Positions 62,119-64,000 of a stretch of DNA of 64,000 nt are shown here, piece by piece; position 1 is the stretch's first letter; each line of letters begins with the position of its first letter. Source of the DNA: Polyangiaceae bacterium (lineage in GTDB: Bacteria; Myxococcota_A; Polyangia; Polyangiales; Polyangiaceae); contig JBGANF010000011.1 of NCBI GenBank assembly GCA_044222475.1, forward strand, positions 32,001-96,000, given 5' to 3'. Both the position numbers and the translations under genes were made by a program. The notes under the pieces were generated by a model. The model worked only from the letters and a program-made list of their open reading frames with translations. It was not told where the DNA came from and searched no databases.

Positions 62119-63519
62119 GTGTGCGCCAGTCCCAGCGGGAAGTGGCTCGTCCTCGCGGCGTGCGTTCTTGCGTCGGGTTGTGGCGCCGCGTCCGACGAGC
62201 TCTTCTGGTCCTCGCGCGACGCGACGACCGTCGTGTCGTGGGTCTGCGTGGTCGCCAACGCGTTCTGCCTCGCCGCCGCGGCATGGACCCTCGTGCGGGG
62301 CGCGCGGTGGGTGGTCTTCGTCGCCGCTCCGATCGCCGTCCTCGCCGTCGTCGTCGCCAGCGCGGCGTTGGTGAAGGAAGGACGCCTCGCCGAGGCCGGC
62401 GATCTCACCCGCCGCGAGCTTCCGATCGCGCTCGTGGGGATCGGTCCGTTCTTCTGGGTCTGCTTCGCGATCGTCCGTCGCTTCACCGACGCCCAACGGA
62501 AGCTCGCCGGCTTCGTGTTCGCCGCGATCGGCGTGATGCACGCGTTCGGCTTCGCCGTGCTCGCCGAGAAAGCCATCCTCCCCGCTCCGCACGGCGCGCC
62601 GATCGCGCTCCTCCCGTGCTCCGCCGAGAACGCGGCGCTCTTCGACGACGGGACGGTGTGGACGTGGAACGCCGAGCACCACGCGCCGCGAAAGGTGGAG
62701 CTCCCTCGGGCGATCGACGTGTCGTGCGGCTCCGCGCTCCTCGCGAGCGGCGAGGTGCAGACGTGGAGCCCTGGCGATCACCGAGGCCATCCGAACGGTG
62801 TGAGCGGCGTGCTGCGACTCGCGTCCGCCGACGACCGCACGTGCGGCTTGATGCGCGACGGCTCGGTCTCGTGTTGGATCCGAGGGTCGCCCGCCGAACG
62901 CATGCCCGACGTCAGCGACGCGGTCGGCCTCGCCGTCGCCGAGACCCACGCGTGCGCGGTCCGTCGCGGCGGGCTCGTGACCTGTTGGGGCGACTACGAC
63001 GAGACGGCGTCGACGTCGGCGCTCAGCGGCATCGTCGAGGTCGCCGTCGGCGAGGAGTTCGGCTGCGCGCGGACCAGCACCGGCATCCTCCTCTGTTGGG
63101 GCGAGGGCGCGCTCGGTGACGGGACGACGACGAAGACCACGACGCCGATCGGGATCCTTCCTCGGGCGGTGGCGCAGGTCGTCGCAGCCGGATCGCACGT
63201 GTGCGCGCGCATGGACGACGGCACGGTGCTCTGTTGGGGCCACAGCGAAGGGGGTCAGGTAGGGACCGGCGCGACGAAGCTCTCGCCGCCCGAGGTCGCC
63301 CTCCGACCGACCCGCGTCGAGCTCGCGCGCCCAGCGGTGTGGATCATGACGAGCTCCGGGCACGTCTGCGCGCGCAGCGATCGGACGTTCGAGTGCTGGG
63401 GATGGAACGGGATGGACGCGCTGCGCACCGGCGTCCACGAGCACTGCGACGACGACGTCGGCCTCTTCTCGACCGGTACCTGCACGCCCACACCCCACGC
63501 CGTGAGCTTCGTGGAGTAG
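62119..63519 (+). CDS. Membrane protein with RCC1-like repeats
   Basis: About four N-terminal TM segments, then HACA..GG.V.CWG and HVCARMDDGTVLCWG repeats. Confidence 0.8.
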   Translation: MCASPSGKWLVLAACVLASGCGAASDELFWSSRDATTVVSWVCVVANAFCLAAAAWTLVRGARWVVFVAAPIAVLAVVVASAALVKEGRLAEAGDLTRRELPIALVGIGPFFWVCFAIVRRFTDAQRKLAGFVFAAIGVMHAFGFAVLAEKAILPAPHGAPIALLPCSAENAALFDDGTVWTWNAEHHAPRKVELPRAIDVSCGSALLASGEVQTWSPGDHRGHPNGVSGVLRLASADDRTCGLMRDGSVSCWIRGSPAERMPDVSDAVGLAVAETHACAVRRGGLVTCWGDYDETASTSALSGIVEVAVGEEFGCARTSTGILLCWGEGALGDGTTTKTTTPIGILPRAVAQVVAAGSHVCARMDDGTVLCWGHSEGGQVGTGATKLSPPEVALRPTRVELARPAVWIMTSSGHVCARSDRTFECWGWNGMDALRTGVHEHCDDDVGLFSTGTCTPTPHAVSFVE

Positions 63520-63555
63520 AGTGCGCGTGACCATCGCCAACGAGATCGACCTTCG

Positions 63556-64000
63556 ATGCCCAAGCTCTTCGGCTTTCAGCCGCTCGCCATGCCCGGCCCA
63601 CGGCCCGTGCCCTTCGTTGGCGTGCCCTACAAACTCTTTCAGTTTCTGGACGACCCGATCGCAGTGATGTTCCGCCTGCGTCCCTACGGGGACGTGGTCG
63701 GCGTCATCGCCGACAGCCCGGCGCTCGTCGCGGTCTTCGGAGCCGAGCGTACCAAAGAGGTACTCTCGAATCCGAGCGTCTTCCAGCACGACGAGACGGT
63801 CTTCACCGGGCCACCCGGATCGCAGCTCGACAAGCTGCGCTACGCCATCATTGCGGTCAACGCCGACGTCCACCGGCGCCATAGGCAGCTGATGATGCCG
63901 GCGTTCCAGCGCTCGGCGCTCGAGGGCTACGCCGAAGACATCGCAGTCGTCACGGCGTCGATCTTGGACCGGTGGCGGGTGAACGAGGAGGTCCGCGTCG
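63556..64000 (+). CDS. Cytochrome P450, N-terminal part (truncated by the window edge)
   Basis: Manual translation: MPKLFG...PGPRPVPFVG...DP...YGDV...HRRHRQLMMPAF. Confidence 0.85.
   Translation, partial: MPKLFGFQPLAMPGPRPVPFVGVPYKLFQFLDDPIAVMFRLRPYGDVVGVIADSPALVAVFGAERTKEVLSNPSVFQHDETVFTGPPGSQLDKLRYAIIAVNADVHRRHRQLMMPAFQRSALEGYAEDIAVVTASILDRWRVNEEVRV

Noticed and set aside
62038..63882. 938-aa ORF extending the esterase upstream
   Set aside because: Antisense to the RCC1-like and P450 genes; the lipoprotein signal defines the real start near 62037.

Overview
High-GC bacterial chromosome segment. The gene content (many Cys-rich lipoproteins, Ser/Thr kinases, an FHA-sigma54 activator, a MYXO-CTERM-like tail) points to a myxobacterium of the Polyangiaceae/Sorangiineae type; this is an inference. 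About 60 CDS can be supported. Housekeeping genes include mutL, pyrG, hppD, hmgA, xth, dacB, tsaC/sua5, an RpoD-family sigma factor and a ChdC/Cld-family heme protein. There are also transporters, many lipoproteins of unknown function and an abm-like acyl-CoA catabolic operon. I found no rRNA, tRNA, CRISPR array or intact transposase. The most unusual items are: (1) a YdjM-type membrane metallohydrolase fused to a GP42-type transglutaminase-elicitor domain, next to a stand-alone YdjM paralogue; (2) a hairpin cassette with hexamer-repeat inverted arms around a broken four-helix-bundle gene, plus a second, apparently empty element of the same design; (3) an Old Yellow Enzyme fused to a fibronectin-III domain, in an operon interrupted by a broken kinase-TPR gene and a sigma54 activator; (4) a small, very basic protein behind a near-consensus sigma70 promoter; (5) repeated signs of leaderless transcription. 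All family assignments come from motif recognition by eye, not database searches.
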